A stretch of DNA of 64,000 nt from positions 6,615-70,614 of the forward strand of contig JASFHH010000003.1 in NCBI GenBank assembly GCA_050123335.1, given 5' to 3'. The DNA comes from Gammaproteobacteria bacterium (lineage in GTDB: Bacteria; Pseudomonadota; Gammaproteobacteria; UBA12402). Position numbers and translations under genes: made by a program. Below, piece by piece: positions 1-10,281 of the stretch. Numbering within the stretch: position 1 is the stretch's first letter; every line of letters begins with the position of its first letter. Below the pieces are notes generated by a model. That model saw nothing but the letters and a program-made list of their open reading frames with translations, ran no database searches and had not been told where the DNA came from.

Positions 1-875
1 ATATTGGTGGTATTCTACGTCCACTAAATATTAAAGGAGAATTGCAATCTAAAAGATTAAGATTTACCGGGTTGGATTTGAGAGACGTTAAATTAAATTT
101 GCAAGGTCAAAATGGTATTATTAATGCTCCCTTAACTGCAAATATGTATGATGGAGGATTGCAGTTTGATACTCAAATCAATGTGCAGCAAACAACACCA
201 AACATAACGGTGCAATACAAGTATAGTAATTTTAATTTAGCTTCTTTAGCTGGCAGTGTATATGGTGTGAAAAATATTTCTGGAACAGGAAATATTTGGG
301 GAAATATTACTACACATAGTTTTAGCGGGCCAAAAGTCATAAGTACTTTAAATGGTACAACAAGTTTCAAACTGGACAATGGAGTAATTCAAGGAGTTGA
401 TGCTGCATATATGATTTATCAGGGAAGAATGTTTTGGTATTCCGCTGTTGATATGCTACGAGGCCGAACTGGTTCTGATGACGCACAACGCCGTGTTGCT
501 CTTGTTCCGCGTAAAAATACTAAGCGGACGGAGTTTGGCAGTATTACCGGCGCCAATAAAATCACCAATGGAGTTATGCATGGTAATTTATCTATAAATG
601 CACCAGATATAGCGGGAAGTGGTTCTGGCATAATTGATTTAATTAAACGGTATGTTGATTACAGAATGCAAATTAATTCAAACAGAGATTTAAGCGATTG
701 GGCGGTGCCAATTATTATAAATGGACCATTTAATGATGTTAAGATTAAGTTGGATCAAGCGGCGTTAAGTAAAATGGTGCAGCAGAGAGCAGCAAAAGCT
801 GTTCAAAAACGTTTACAGCAAAAAATTAAACAAGATATCAAAAAGCTGCCGATTAAAATTCAGAATATATTCTGA
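1..875 (+). CDS. AsmA-family protein, C-terminal part (5' end lies upstream of the window)
   Basis: The frame is open from nt 3 with no upstream stop; the listed ORF starts at a TTG at 42. LNGTTSFKLDNGVIQGVD ... VPIIINGPFNDVKIKLD followed by a Lys/Gln-rich helical tail resembles the AsmA C-terminal domain as I recall it. Confidence 0.5.
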   Translation, partial: IGGILRPLNIKGELQSKRLRFTGLDLRDVKLNLQGQNGIINAPLTANMYDGGLQFDTQINVQQTTPNITVQYKYSNFNLASLAGSVYGVKNISGTGNIWGNITTHSFSGPKVISTLNGTTSFKLDNGVIQGVDAAYMIYQGRMFWYSAVDMLRGRTGSDDAQRRVALVPRKNTKRTEFGSITGANKITNGVMHGNLSINAPDIAGSGSGIIDLIKRYVDYRMQINSNRDLSDWAVPIIINGPFNDVKIKLDQAALSKMVQQRAAKAVQKRLQQKIKQDIKKLPIKIQNIF

Positions 876-960
876 TGTTTCCGCAAGTAGCATCTCAATA
901 AGTGGGGGTAGCAGCAAATTTTGCACGGCAATTAATATAATACGAATATTAGAAAAATTG

Positions 961-1005
961 GAACTCGTGATTTTACAGCCTTGTTTATTCTGTAAAATCA
1001 CGAGT
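961..1005. repeat. palindromic element, family D
   Basis: GAACTCGTGATTTTACAG-n-CTGTAAAATCACGAGT inverted repeat in the intergenic region after the asmA-like gene. Confidence 0.5.
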
Positions 1006-1263
1006 AAACAAGCCTCTACGGGGCTATAAAAGAATATCAATCCAACAGGCGCGTTAGCTCGCAAAAACTTGTTTGTGTATGTTATAAATTTACCTCCAGT
1101 TTTTGAGATGTTACTTTCGCAAGTTATAACTTCTTGAAAAATTAATATTTTTACTAACATGCTATTTTTTAAAACGAAATAATGCATATTTTTTCAGTTT
1201 TTAAGATTTCTTAATAATTATCTGCTATTATTATGTTACATAAAAAAATCTTTGAGGGGAAAT

Positions 1264-2217
1264 ATGTCAAAGGATATTCAATATACAAAGATATACTATA
1301 ATGGCGCTGAATATGTGAAGCGTTACTATGAGAAAATTATAAAAGCTTTGTATTTTATTGCAAATCTTAAAGTAGCAGGCGAAAGATCGTTCTTAAAATA
1401 TGTTGCTGCTTTACAAAAATTGCTTGCTTGGTTGAAGCAGGCAATTACACGACATGATTTACCTATCGATTTGAAGTTTACTGTACATGAGTTGCAGGCG
1501 CGTATTATTCCGTTGGCTGATCCTAATTTAATTGAACAATCAAATTTTGACGAAAACACTTTGAAATTGTTGGCACAGCTTAGTCGTGATATTGTGGCGC
1601 ATTTCTTAAAAAATGCTAGAAAAGGATTTGCGACAGTTGTGCAGCAAATAATCGCGAATGCAATTAACCATGGCCAGGGCAATGGCAATAATGTGATGAT
1701 AAATAATGACGTAATGCAGCAATTTTCCATACAAGTGTTTGATAATTTAACTCACAATATTGTTAATTCATTAAATGATCCAGAGCCGTCAGCCCCTGAA
1801 TTTGAACCGGATTTATTTAGAGATAACGTTGATAACTTGATTGATGCAACGGTTGGTTTGACTGATGACGTTGCCAATATAATACGTGGTGAGATATATA
1901 ATCATATTCAACTATTCGATACTGCTTTTCGCAATATGGTTGAAAATGTAACTAAGTTGTATGTTGAAGTTTCTGGCTCCTCTTATGATTATGGTTTAAA
2001 TAAACTTTTTGGTAATAAGTGTGAATTTTTTGGTTCGGTTTTGGATGAGGACGAGGAAGATAACGAGAGTGTGTTTGAACACGGAAATTCTTTCTTTGCA
2101 CCCCCTGAAAAAGATTATCCAAATGTTCCTCATTGGAAGCACATGTATTTACAGTCAGAAGAAGAGGATTTAACACAATCGTCATTAGACCCAGATTTTG
2201 TTAAATATGTTTATTAA
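1264..2217 (+). CDS. hypothetical protein with an acidic C-terminus
   Basis: 318-codon ORF. An ATG at 1264 is preceded by GAGGGG; the listed ORF starts at a TTG at 1252. The region is AT-rich and I recognise no domain. Confidence 0.4.
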   Translation: MSKDIQYTKIYYNGAEYVKRYYEKIIKALYFIANLKVAGERSFLKYVAALQKLLAWLKQAITRHDLPIDLKFTVHELQARIIPLADPNLIEQSNFDENTLKLLAQLSRDIVAHFLKNARKGFATVVQQIIANAINHGQGNGNNVMINNDVMQQFSIQVFDNLTHNIVNSLNDPEPSAPEFEPDLFRDNVDNLIDATVGLTDDVANIIRGEIYNHIQLFDTAFRNMVENVTKLYVEVSGSSYDYGLNKLFGNKCEFFGSVLDEDEEDNESVFEHGNSFFAPPEKDYPNVPHWKHMYLQSEEEDLTQSSLDPDFVKYVY

Positions 2218-2364
2218 AAATATTATTCTATTATTTTTCCTAATATTTGCATTTGTTCATTTTGTGTACTATTAACATAATGGTTGCAAATCTTCTTTAG
2301 TCTTGGTAAAAATAGATTGGAACTTTTAATAAATATAAAGTTTCAGTCTATCTAAAGTAAGGTG

Positions 2365-2931
2365 ATGGAGCCAATTATTGATCATGGGAGGATTGTGCTG
2401 GTGATAGAAGAAGTAGTAAAGACATTAGAATTTATTAGTAAAACTCATAACAGATTATATCAGTTTGTTTTATCTGCAGTTGTATTAAAATGTCAAATGA
2501 CAATAAAGGGGTTATCACGCGAGTTAGCTTCTCAATTACAGTTTAAAATCATTCCGGATCATAGTGCGGTTTTTTGTGTTAACAGGGATCGTAATTGTTT
2601 GATTGATCAGAATGGGCAAAAGATTACTGGTGATAGAACTAAGCAGGTTTTTGTCAGTCAGGAAGGAACGTGCGTGTTTCCTAATAAGTTTAATAATGGT
2701 TTGCAATATCCAAATGGTCAACCAGTAGATTTTGATAGTTTAGTGGGTCAGAAATTTTATCCTATGACTATCAAGGTGAATGTTCCTCATCAATTACATC
2801 CGGCTACAGCAGTCCGTCAGCAAATTTCTGCGTATATAAGTCGAACCGTATTTAATGATAATTTGAGATATCAATCATCACAAGATAAATCTAAGCCTGA
2901 GTCTGAGCAGAGGTTATCTCCGACGCAATAG
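2365..2931 (+). CDS. hypothetical protein
   Basis: 188-codon ORF. GTG and ATG are adjacent after AAGGTG. I recognise no domain. Confidence 0.35.
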   Translation: MEPIIDHGRIVLVIEEVVKTLEFISKTHNRLYQFVLSAVVLKCQMTIKGLSRELASQLQFKIIPDHSAVFCVNRDRNCLIDQNGQKITGDRTKQVFVSQEGTCVFPNKFNNGLQYPNGQPVDFDSLVGQKFYPMTIKVNVPHQLHPATAVRQQISAYISRTVFNDNLRYQSSQDKSKPESEQRLSPTQ

Positions 2932-2961
2932 TTTAATGCTTAAAAATTTCTCACATAATCC

Positions 2962-2997
2962 TCTTGATTTTTGCATTTTCATCCCTATTATAAGTCT
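2962..2997 (+). promoter_or_regulatory. candidate sigma-32 heat-shock promoter for groES-groEL
   Basis: cTTGATT-13nt-CCCTATTAT lies about 55 nt upstream of groES and resembles the TTGAAA-N13-15-CCCCATNT consensus. Confidence 0.35.
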
Positions 2998-3050
2998 TGT
3001 CTAAGTCAGTCTTGCTGGCTTGTAATTTCTACTAAAAAGGAGAATAAATT

Positions 3051-3335
3051 ATGAGTTTTCGTCCATTGCATGATCGAATATTGATCAAGCGCGTAGAGGA
3101 AGAGGTTACTAGTGGTGGTATCGTGATTCCTGATAGCGCAAAAGAGAAACCAAGTAAAGGGCTGGTGATTGCCGTTGGTAATGGGAAATTGCTAGAAAGT
3201 GGTGAGGTTCGCCCTCTAGATGTCAAAAAAGGAGATAAAGTGCTCTTTGGTAAATATGCTGGTACAGAAGTCAAAGTTGGCGACGAAGAGTTAATTGTAA
3301 TGAGAGAAGATGACATCTTAGGTGTGATCGACTAA
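3051..3335 (+). CDS. groES: co-chaperonin GroES
   Basis: 94 aa, [42 protein letters not shown] ribosome-binding site. Sits immediately upstream of groEL. Confidence 0.95.
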   Translation: MSFRPLHDRILIKRVEEEVTSGGIVIPDSAKEKPSKGLVIAVGNGKLLESGEVRPLDVKKGDKVLFGKYAGTEVKVGDEELIVMREDDILGVID

Positions 3336-3353
3336 TTAAAAGAGGAAAAAATT

Positions 3354-5012
3354 ATGACAGCAAAACAAATTATTTTTGATCACGCGGTGCGTGATAGCCT
3401 GGTAGAGGGTATTCACATTTTAACTGATGCAGTTAGCACTACTATGGGGCCTAAAGGTCGTGTGGTAATGATTGATCAATCTTTTGGTGCGCCGCGGGTT
3501 ACTAAAGATGGTGTTTCAGTAGCTAAAGAGATCGAGCTCGAAGATAAATTCGAAAACATGGGAGCCCAGATGATCAAAGAAGTAGCTTCGCAAACCTCTG
3601 ATGACGCTGGTGATGGCACCACTACTGCAACAGTATTGGCGCGTAGCATTGTGGTAGAAGGTATGAAGGCTGTGGTTGCCGGCATGAATCCAATGGATCT
3701 AAAGCGTGGTATTGATAAAGCAGTGTTGGCAGTTGCGGATGAATTAAAGAAAATTTCTAAACCATGTGCTGATCACAAATCAATTGCTCAAGTTGGTACG
3801 ATTTCGGCGAACTCAGATGAAGCAATTGGTAATATTATTGCTGAAGCTATGGAAAAGGTTGGCAAAGAAGGAGTGATTACAGTTGAAGAAGGTTCTGGTT
3901 TAGGTAACGAGCTTGATGTGGTTGAAGGTATGCAGTTTGATCGTGGTTATTTGTCGCCATACTTTATTAACAACCAACAAAACATGAGCGTTGAATTAGA
4001 AAGTCCATATATATTGTTATTTGACAAAAAGATTTCTAATATTCGCGATATGTTGCCGATCTTAGAGGCTGTGGCAAAATCAGGTAAGCCGCTAATGGTG
4101 ATTGCTGAAGATGTAGAAGGTGAAGCATTAGCTACTTTGGTGGTTAATAATCTACGCGGTATTGTCAAAGTTGCAGCGGTTAAAGCGCCTGGGTTTGGTG
4201 ATCGTCGTAAAGCTATGTTAGAAGATATAGCGATTTTAACTGGCGGCCAAGTAATTGCTGAAGAAGTTGGTTTAAGTTTAGAGAAGGCAACTTTAGATGA
4301 TCTTGGTAATGCTAAACGTATTGTAATTACTAAAGATAACACCACAATTATTGATGGCGCTGGTAAAACTGATAATATTAAATCCAGAATTGAACAGCTT
4401 CGTGCACAAATCGAAGAAACCAGCTCTAGTTATGATAAAGAAAAATTGCAAGAACGTATGGCTAAATTAGCTGGCGGGGTTGCTGTTATTAAAGTTGGTG
4501 CTGCTACCGAAATCGAAATGAAAGAAAAGAAAGCGCGCGTTGAAGACGCTTTGCATGCTACTCGCGCTGCAGTTGAAGAAGGTGTAGTTCCTGGCGGTGG
4601 TGTTGCTTTAATTCGTGCATTGCAAGCGATCAAAGGTTTAAAAGGTGAAAATACTGATCAGGATATGGGTATTAGTATCATTCGCCGTGCGATTGAAGCT
4701 CCGTTACGTATTATTGTTAGCAATGCTGGTGAAGAAGCCTCGGTTGTGTTAGCTAAAGTTGTTGAAGGCAAAGATGATTTTGGTTTTAATGCAGCAACCA
4801 GTGAATACGGTAACATGATCAGCATGGGAATTATCGATCCTACCAAGGTTACACGTACCGCACTGCAAAATGCTGCTTCGGTTGCTGGCATGATGCTAAT
4901 AACTGAATGTATGGTTGCTGATATTCCAAAGAAAGAAGATGCTTGTGCACATGCTGCTGGCGGAATGGGCGGCGGTATGGGTGGAATGGGAGGTATGGGC
5001 GGCATGATGTGA
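3354..5012 (+). CDS. groEL: chaperonin GroEL (HtpB-like)
   Basis: 552 aa with the [11 protein letters not shown] motif and a C-terminal GGM repeat tail. Very high similarity to Legionella HtpB as I recall it. Confidence 0.97.
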   Translation: MTAKQIIFDHAVRDSLVEGIHILTDAVSTTMGPKGRVVMIDQSFGAPRVTKDGVSVAKEIELEDKFENMGAQMIKEVASQTSDDAGDGTTTATVLARSIVVEGMKAVVAGMNPMDLKRGIDKAVLAVADELKKISKPCADHKSIAQVGTISANSDEAIGNIIAEAMEKVGKEGVITVEEGSGLGNELDVVEGMQFDRGYLSPYFINNQQNMSVELESPYILLFDKKISNIRDMLPILEAVAKSGKPLMVIAEDVEGEALATLVVNNLRGIVKVAAVKAPGFGDRRKAMLEDIAILTGGQVIAEEVGLSLEKATLDDLGNAKRIVITKDNTTIIDGAGKTDNIKSRIEQLRAQIEETSSSYDKEKLQERMAKLAGGVAVIKVGAATEIEMKEKKARVEDALHATRAAVEEGVVPGGGVALIRALQAIKGLKGENTDQDMGISIIRRAIEAPLRIIVSNAGEEASVVLAKVVEGKDDFGFNAATSEYGNMISMGIIDPTKVTRTALQNAASVAGMMLITECMVADIPKKEDACAHAAGGMGGGMGGMGGMGGMM

Positions 5013-5045
5013 TGCAGAAGGTGATTTTTTGCGGCTTTAGGTTTT

Positions 5046-5078
5046 TATTGTGCAAGAGATTTATCTCTTGCACAATAA
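5046..5078 (+). terminator. hairpin terminator after groEL
   Basis: Perfect 12-bp stem TTGTGCAAGAGA-ttta-TCTCTTGCACAA about 35 nt after the groEL stop. Confidence 0.5.
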
Positions 5079-5274
5079 AGAACCTGTCGCCTTCAAAATC
5101 GCCCGGCTTTGCCTTTTTTGCAATATCTGCGTTGTAGCATTTTTTGCGAATGCTCATTTATTGTATATAAACTCCGCTTCGCAAAAAATGCTACGCCTTG
5201 ATCTTGCAAAAAATGCTCGTCTGCACCTTTCCTGCAATTTTTTTCGTGCAAAACTTGTGTTAAGGAGGAACAAA

Positions 5275-6051
5275 GTGAGATTTAAAATTATTTTAATTGT
5301 TTTGTGTTTATTGTTAATAGGAGTAGTAGCTCAAGTTTCTGCAAGTACTAACAATGTAAATGGTTTTACTAAGGCGCAACAAGCGCAAATAAAAGTAATT
5401 ATACGTAATTATCTTATTCAAAATCCACAGGTTTTGGTTGAAGCGTCTCAAGCTTTGCAAGAGCAGCAAATGCAAAAATTGCGCCAGGATGCAATCAAAA
5501 ATGCGCGAGTTAATACCGATGCTTTGTTAAGATCTAATAGTCCGGTGGCTGGAGCTTCGCGTGGATCAATCACCATGGTTGCTTTTTTAGATTATCAATG
5601 TCCATTTTGCCGTTTAATGTCTCCAGTATTAAAACGTTTGATAAAAGATAATCCGCAAATGCGAGTTGTTTTTAAAGAGTTCCCGATTCATGGTAAATAT
5701 TCTGTAATGTCGGCTAAGGTTGCTTTGGCTGCTAGTTTGCAAGGTAAATATTGGGAAGTGCATCAAGCGTTAATGAAAGCAAAAATGCCGTTGACTGAGC
5801 AAGAAATTATGGATGTTGCTAAATCAACAGGATTGAATATGAAAAAATTAGCTGTTGATATGCGTAAGCCTTGGGTGAAACAAGAAATTGATGGCGTTTA
5901 TCGTTTAGCTAAAAAATTAAATTTAATTGGAGACCCGTCATTTTTTATTATGAAATCCAACATGACCGATAATTCCAAAGATCAAATTTATTTTATAGCG
6001 GGCTACGTTTCTGAGCAGGAATTGCAAGGTGCGATTAATAAGTTGAAATGA
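5275..6051 (+). CDS. DsbA/Com1-family periplasmic thiol:disulfide oxidoreductase
   Basis: Thioredoxin-type CPFC active site (FLDYQCPFCRL). A GTG at 5275 is preceded by AAGGAGG, and the signal-peptide-like VRFKIILIVLCLLLIGVVAQVSA follows. The ORF-track extension upstream to 5050 is probably non-coding. Confidence 0.7.
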   Translation: MRFKIILIVLCLLLIGVVAQVSASTNNVNGFTKAQQAQIKVIIRNYLIQNPQVLVEASQALQEQQMQKLRQDAIKNARVNTDALLRSNSPVAGASRGSITMVAFLDYQCPFCRLMSPVLKRLIKDNPQMRVVFKEFPIHGKYSVMSAKVALAASLQGKYWEVHQALMKAKMPLTEQEIMDVAKSTGLNMKKLAVDMRKPWVKQEIDGVYRLAKKLNLIGDPSFFIMKSNMTDNSKDQIYFIAGYVSEQELQGAINKLK

Positions 6052-6101
6052 GTATGATAAATTGCAAATAAGATTGAAAATAAGAAAAGAGGGAAAAAGG
6101 T

Positions 6102-6398
6102 ATGTTCTTTAAAAATAAAAAATGTGGTCAAGTAATTAGTAAGTTAATCGACTATGCGCTTGTGTTAGGTATAGGAATAGGTATTCCTGGCATAGGGGGC
6201 AATATAAATTGTGGAATTGATCCTAATAATTGTAATACATATACAAATATAAGTAGTATATTTTTTACTAGTATTGGAATGTCATCATTTGCTACGCTTA
6301 TTCTAAAAAAGCTTATAGAAAAATGTTGTAATCAACATTGCCAAACTGGCTGGAAAAACCCATCAGAAAGAAAACCAGAGGTAGTTGGCTATATATAA
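6102..6398 (+). CDS. small Gly/Cys-rich hypothetical protein
   Basis: 98-codon ORF with GIGIGIPGIGG and several Cys residues. Composition is plausible but there is no homology. Confidence 0.2.
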   Translation: MFFKNKKCGQVISKLIDYALVLGIGIGIPGIGGNINCGIDPNNCNTYTNISSIFFTSIGMSSFATLILKKLIEKCCNQHCQTGWKNPSERKPEVVGYI

Positions 6399-6416
6399 GG
6401 AAATTTAGCCAATTGG

Positions 6417-6435
6417 TTATCTAAATTTTAGATAA
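6417..6435. terminator. palindrome between convergent genes
   Basis: TTATCTAAA-ttt-TAGATAA overlaps the stop of the HAD gene on the minus strand and lies just after the 6102..6398 ORF. Confidence 0.3.
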
Positions 6436-7072
6436 TTTCCCAATTATTCTTTTTAGCTAATCTGCGTAAAAATATATCGGGATTTACTGCGATTGCATGT
6501 CCTGCAGCAGATAATAATGTGGCATCATAAATAGAATTTCCGTAAGCAAAACAATCTTTCAGATCAGCTTGATATTGTTGACAGACTCTTTTGGCGATGG
6601 TTAATTTTTCTTCAGCAAACGGATTTTGTGTTGGTGGAAGATTAGTAAAATAATTGTTTTCAATTACACAATAGCTAGGTTCAATATGATCGATATTCAA
6701 ATGTGCAGCAAATACTTTTGCAATAAAATGCGGTGTTCCAGTTAATAAAACTAAAATGTCACTATTTTTTCGATGTTGTTCGATTTTGGAAATCAAGTGA
6801 GGCCTGATTTTTTTTAACAATTTTTCTTTGACGTAACTTTCTGCCAGCTGCTTGATTTCATCTTTTGACATTCCTGATAGGTAAGCTTTGTTTTGTACAA
6901 AAATTTTTAATTTATATTTTGGCAGCCATTTTAAAATAAACATCCAATATTTGAGAAAGTGTTTCAGACCAATATGTCGTTTTCTAATTAAATAAAAGAA
7001 AAAAGATCTTTCAGAATTCATCCCTCCCAAGATGGTTCCATCTAAATCAAAAAAAGCAATACGTTTATTCAT
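6428..7072 (-). CDS. HAD-superfamily hydrolase (HAD-IB-like phosphatase)
   Basis: N-terminal FFDLDGTIL DxDGT motif; 214 aa. Confidence 0.75.
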   Translation of the reverse strand: MNKRIAFFDLDGTILGGMNSERSFFFYLIRKRHIGLKHFLKYWMFILKWLPKYKLKIFVQNKAYLSGMSKDEIKQLAESYVKEKLLKKIRPHLISKIEQHRKNSDILVLLTGTPHFIAKVFAAHLNIDHIEPSYCVIENNYFTNLPPTQNPFAEEKLTIAKRVCQQYQADLKDCFAYGNSIYDATLLSAAGHAIAVNPDIFLRRLAKKNNWEII

Positions 7073-7121
7073 TTAATTATGATAGAGGAAATCAGGTGCT
7101 AAGTCTAGTTCGATCCTCGAT

Positions 7122-7247
7122 GAAGATGCGAGATTTATGGGAAATTCTGATATTGAAGTTAAATTGAAACTCGCGATTTTACAAAAACAAACAGGTTGTA
7201 AAATCGCGAGTTCCAATTTGAACTGACAGTATAAATCTCGCATTTTC
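7122..7247. repeat. nested palindromic element, family D
   Basis: Outer inverted repeat GAAGATGCGAGATTTAT / ATAAATCTCGCATTTTC and inner inverted repeat AAACTCGCGATTTTACAA / TTGTAAAATCGCGAGTT. Related copies are at 961-1005 and 42745-43050. Confidence 0.55.
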
Positions 7248-7294
7248 ATTGGTGAGTGTATAGACTTGATATCTTATTAGGTTATAATGAAAAC

Positions 7295-8197
7295 GTGGAC
7301 AAAATTATTACTTTTCAAGAATTAATTTTTAAATTGCAGCAATATTGGGCAAGTCTCGATTGTGTAATAGTTCAACCTTTAGATCTGCAAGTTGGAGCAG
7401 GAACTTTTCATCCCGCAACATTTTTGCGTGCGATTGGGCCGGAGCCTTGGAGATCTGCTTATGTGCAGCCTAGTCGACGTCCCACAGATGGTCGTTATGG
7501 TGAAAATCCTAATCGGGTGCAGCATTATTATCAGTTCCAGGTAGCATTAAAGCCTTCACCAAATAATATTCAAGATCTTTACTTAAATTCGCTGGAAATT
7601 TTAGGCATAGATTTTTTAGAGCACGATGTTCGTTTTGTTGAAGATAATTGGGAATCGCCGACTTTAGGAGCATGGGGTTTAGGCTGGGAAGTTTGGTTGG
7701 ATGGTATGGAAATCACCCAATTTACTTATTTCCAGCAGGCTGGCGGATTGGAGTGCAGACCGGTTACTGGTGAAATAACTTATGGTTTAGAACGAATTGC
7801 TATGTATTTGCAAAAAGTTGATAGGATGTTTGATTTAGTATGGACACAATCTTCATTGGGGACGGTGACTTATGGAGATGTGTTTTTACAAAATGAAAAA
7901 GAAATGTCTGCTTATAATTTTGAATATGCTGATATTGCAATATTATTTAAAGAATTTGAAACTTGTGAGCAACAATGTAATCAATTAATAGATGCTGCAT
8001 TACCATTGCCGGCGTATGAGATGGTATTAAAAGCGTCACACACATTTAATTTATTAGATGCACGGCACGCAATTTCCGTAACCGAAAGACAGCAATATAT
8101 TTTGCGTGTACGTAAATTAGCGCAAGCGGTGGCAAAATCATATTATGCGTCACGCGAACAATTGGGTTTCCCTATGCTTAAGGAAGGCGAAGTATAA
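7295..8197 (+). CDS. glyQ: glycine--tRNA ligase alpha subunit
   Basis: [36 protein letters not shown]. The likely GTG start at 7295 gives a GlyQ-like length; the listed ATG at 7256 adds 13 non-conserved residues. Confidence 0.92.
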   Translation: MDKIITFQELIFKLQQYWASLDCVIVQPLDLQVGAGTFHPATFLRAIGPEPWRSAYVQPSRRPTDGRYGENPNRVQHYYQFQVALKPSPNNIQDLYLNSLEILGIDFLEHDVRFVEDNWESPTLGAWGLGWEVWLDGMEITQFTYFQQAGGLECRPVTGEITYGLERIAMYLQKVDRMFDLVWTQSSLGTVTYGDVFLQNEKEMSAYNFEYADIAILFKEFETCEQQCNQLIDAALPLPAYEMVLKASHTFNLLDARHAISVTERQQYILRVRKLAQAVAKSYYASREQLGFPMLKEGEV

Positions 8198-10281
8198 TGA
8201 TAAAAAAAGATTTTTTATTTGAATTATTAACGGAAGAATTGCCGCCAAAAGATTTATATAAATTATCACAAGCGTTAGAGAACAACTTCATAGAAAATTT
8301 GGGTAAGAACAAGTTAAATTATGCTGAAATAAAATCTTTTGCAACGCCGCGGCGTTTAGCGGTTTTAATTAAAAAACTTGATGATGCACAGCCGCAGCAG
8401 ATGATTGAGCGGCGAGGTCCTGCAGTTTCTACTGCTTTTGATCAAAATGGCAAACCAACCAAAGCGTGCATTGGGTTTGCGCAATCTTGCGGAGTAACGC
8501 CACAGGAATTAACAGTGATTAAAACTGATAAAGGCGAATGGGTTGGTTTTAAAAAGGAGCAAGCAGGTAAAAGTATTTTTCAGATTATGCCTGAGATTGT
8601 TAAGCAGGCGTTAAAATCTTTGCCAATTAACAGGCCAATGCGTTGGGGTAATAGTGAAGTTGAATTTATTCGGCCGGTGCATTCTGTGATTTTGTTATTT
8701 GACAAAAAAATAATAGCAGCAGAAATTTTAGGTATTAAAGCCAGTAATACAACTTTAGGTCATCGGTTTTTATCTAAAGACAAAATAAAAATTAAGTATC
8801 CGCGTGATTATGAAAAAATACTGAAGAAGCATTTTGTAATTGCTGATTTTATTAAGCGCAAAGCAGATATTCAACGACAGGTTTTACATTTTGCAGATAA
8901 AGTTGGCGGCAAGGCTTTAATGGAAAATGATTTATTAAATGAAGTTACTGCATTAGTTGAGTGGCCAGTTGGTTTGTTAGCGAATTTTCCTGAGCATTTT
9001 TTACAAGTTCCAGCAGAAATTTTAATTTCTTCAATTTGTCAACATCAAAAATGTTTCCCAATAAAAGATGAAAATAATAAATTGCTGCCTAATTTTATTA
9101 CTATAAGTAACATCAAAAGCAAACGCCCCCATGTGGTAATTGCTGGAAATGAAAAAGTAATGAATGCGCGATTAAGTGATGCTGAATTTTTTTATCATAC
9201 GGATATTGCTCAATCATTGGTAAAGCGAGTTGATGTGTTAAAAAACATTATTTTTCAACAACAATTGGGAAGTTTGTATGATAAGACCAAGCGGCTGATG
9301 GTTTTGTCTGCTTGGATCGCAGAATTAATTGGAGCTGATCAACAACATGCGGAACGAGCTGCATATTTGTCTAAGACTGATTTGGTGACGGAGGTGGTTG
9401 GTGAGTTTCCAGAATTGCAGGGTGTTATGGGATATTATTATGCTTTGCATGATGGAGAACCAGAGCAAGTGGCGGTGGCAATTCGCGAACAATATATGCC
9501 TGAGCATGCCAATGCGTTGTTACCACAAACTTTAGTTGGTCAAGTGTTAGCATCGGCAGATCGTGTTGATACGCTGATTGGTATTTTTGGAATTAATAAA
9601 ATCCCAACTGGAGATAAAGATCCTTTTGCTTTGCGTCGCGCCGCTTCAGGTATTGTTAGGATAATTGTCGAAAATAAATTGCCGCTTAATTTGTGGTTTT
9701 TATTGGAAAAGTCTTTGGATCTGTATGGTGATTTAATTAAGCGTGATAATGTAGTCGAGCAGGCATTTCAATTTATTCAGGACAGATTGAAGTCTTATGT
9801 ATTAGAACATGGATTTTCTGCGCATGAATTTGCTGCAGTTGCTGCAAGGAATGTTCATGAGACATATGATTTTTACTTAAGATTATTGGCGCTTAAAAAA
9901 TTTCTTGCAATGCCAGAGGCTGCGAGTCTAGCGGCAGCAAATAAAAGAGTTAGCAAATTGTTAGCTAAAGAAGCACAACAATTAATTGCAGGTCATGTAT
10001 TGCAGCAAGAGTTATTGACAGAAGATGATGAAATCAAATTAGCGCAGTTGATTGCTGAAAAACGTGAACAGACTCAGCAATTAGCTTTATCGCAAGATTA
10101 TGTTGCATTGTTGCAAGATTTGGCTGAACTGCAGCAGCCAATCGATAATTTTTTTGATCATGTAATGGTGATGGTTGAAGATAAAAACGTTTGTGCGAAT
10201 CGTCTATTGTTATTAGCTAGGTTGCGTGAGTTATTTTTGCAAGTGGCTGATATTTCATTAATTCCTGGGTCAGCGACATGA
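8197..10281 (+). CDS. glyS: glycine--tRNA ligase beta subunit
   Basis: 694 aa. ATGA overlap with glyQ. N-terminus [18 protein letters not shown] is typical of GlyS. Confidence 0.92.
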   Translation: MIKKDFLFELLTEELPPKDLYKLSQALENNFIENLGKNKLNYAEIKSFATPRRLAVLIKKLDDAQPQQMIERRGPAVSTAFDQNGKPTKACIGFAQSCGVTPQELTVIKTDKGEWVGFKKEQAGKSIFQIMPEIVKQALKSLPINRPMRWGNSEVEFIRPVHSVILLFDKKIIAAEILGIKASNTTLGHRFLSKDKIKIKYPRDYEKILKKHFVIADFIKRKADIQRQVLHFADKVGGKALMENDLLNEVTALVEWPVGLLANFPEHFLQVPAEILISSICQHQKCFPIKDENNKLLPNFITISNIKSKRPHVVIAGNEKVMNARLSDAEFFYHTDIAQSLVKRVDVLKNIIFQQQLGSLYDKTKRLMVLSAWIAELIGADQQHAERAAYLSKTDLVTEVVGEFPELQGVMGYYYALHDGEPEQVAVAIREQYMPEHANALLPQTLVGQVLASADRVDTLIGIFGINKIPTGDKDPFALRRAASGIVRIIVENKLPLNLWFLLEKSLDLYGDLIKRDNVVEQAFQFIQDRLKSYVLEHGFSAHEFAAVAARNVHETYDFYLRLLALKKFLAMPEAASLAAANKRVSKLLAKEAQQLIAGHVLQQELLTEDDEIKLAQLIAEKREQTQQLALSQDYVALLQDLAELQQPIDNFFDHVMVMVEDKNVCANRLLLLARLRELFLQVADISLIPGSAT

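Noticed and set aside
3476-5005. Minus-strand ORFs inside groEL (3476..3685, 3947..4345, 4430..4633 and 4658..5005, the last with a [10 protein letters not shown] repeat)
   Set aside because: They are antisense to the highly conserved groEL. The PPIP repeat is the mirror reading of the GGM-repeat codons, so these are frame artefacts.
5050-5274. Upstream extension of the DsbA-like ORF (track start 5050)
   Set aside because: That N-terminal 75 aa is hydrophobic junk spanning the groEL terminator. A GTG with a perfect AAGGAGG ribosome-binding site at 5275 precedes a typical signal peptide.
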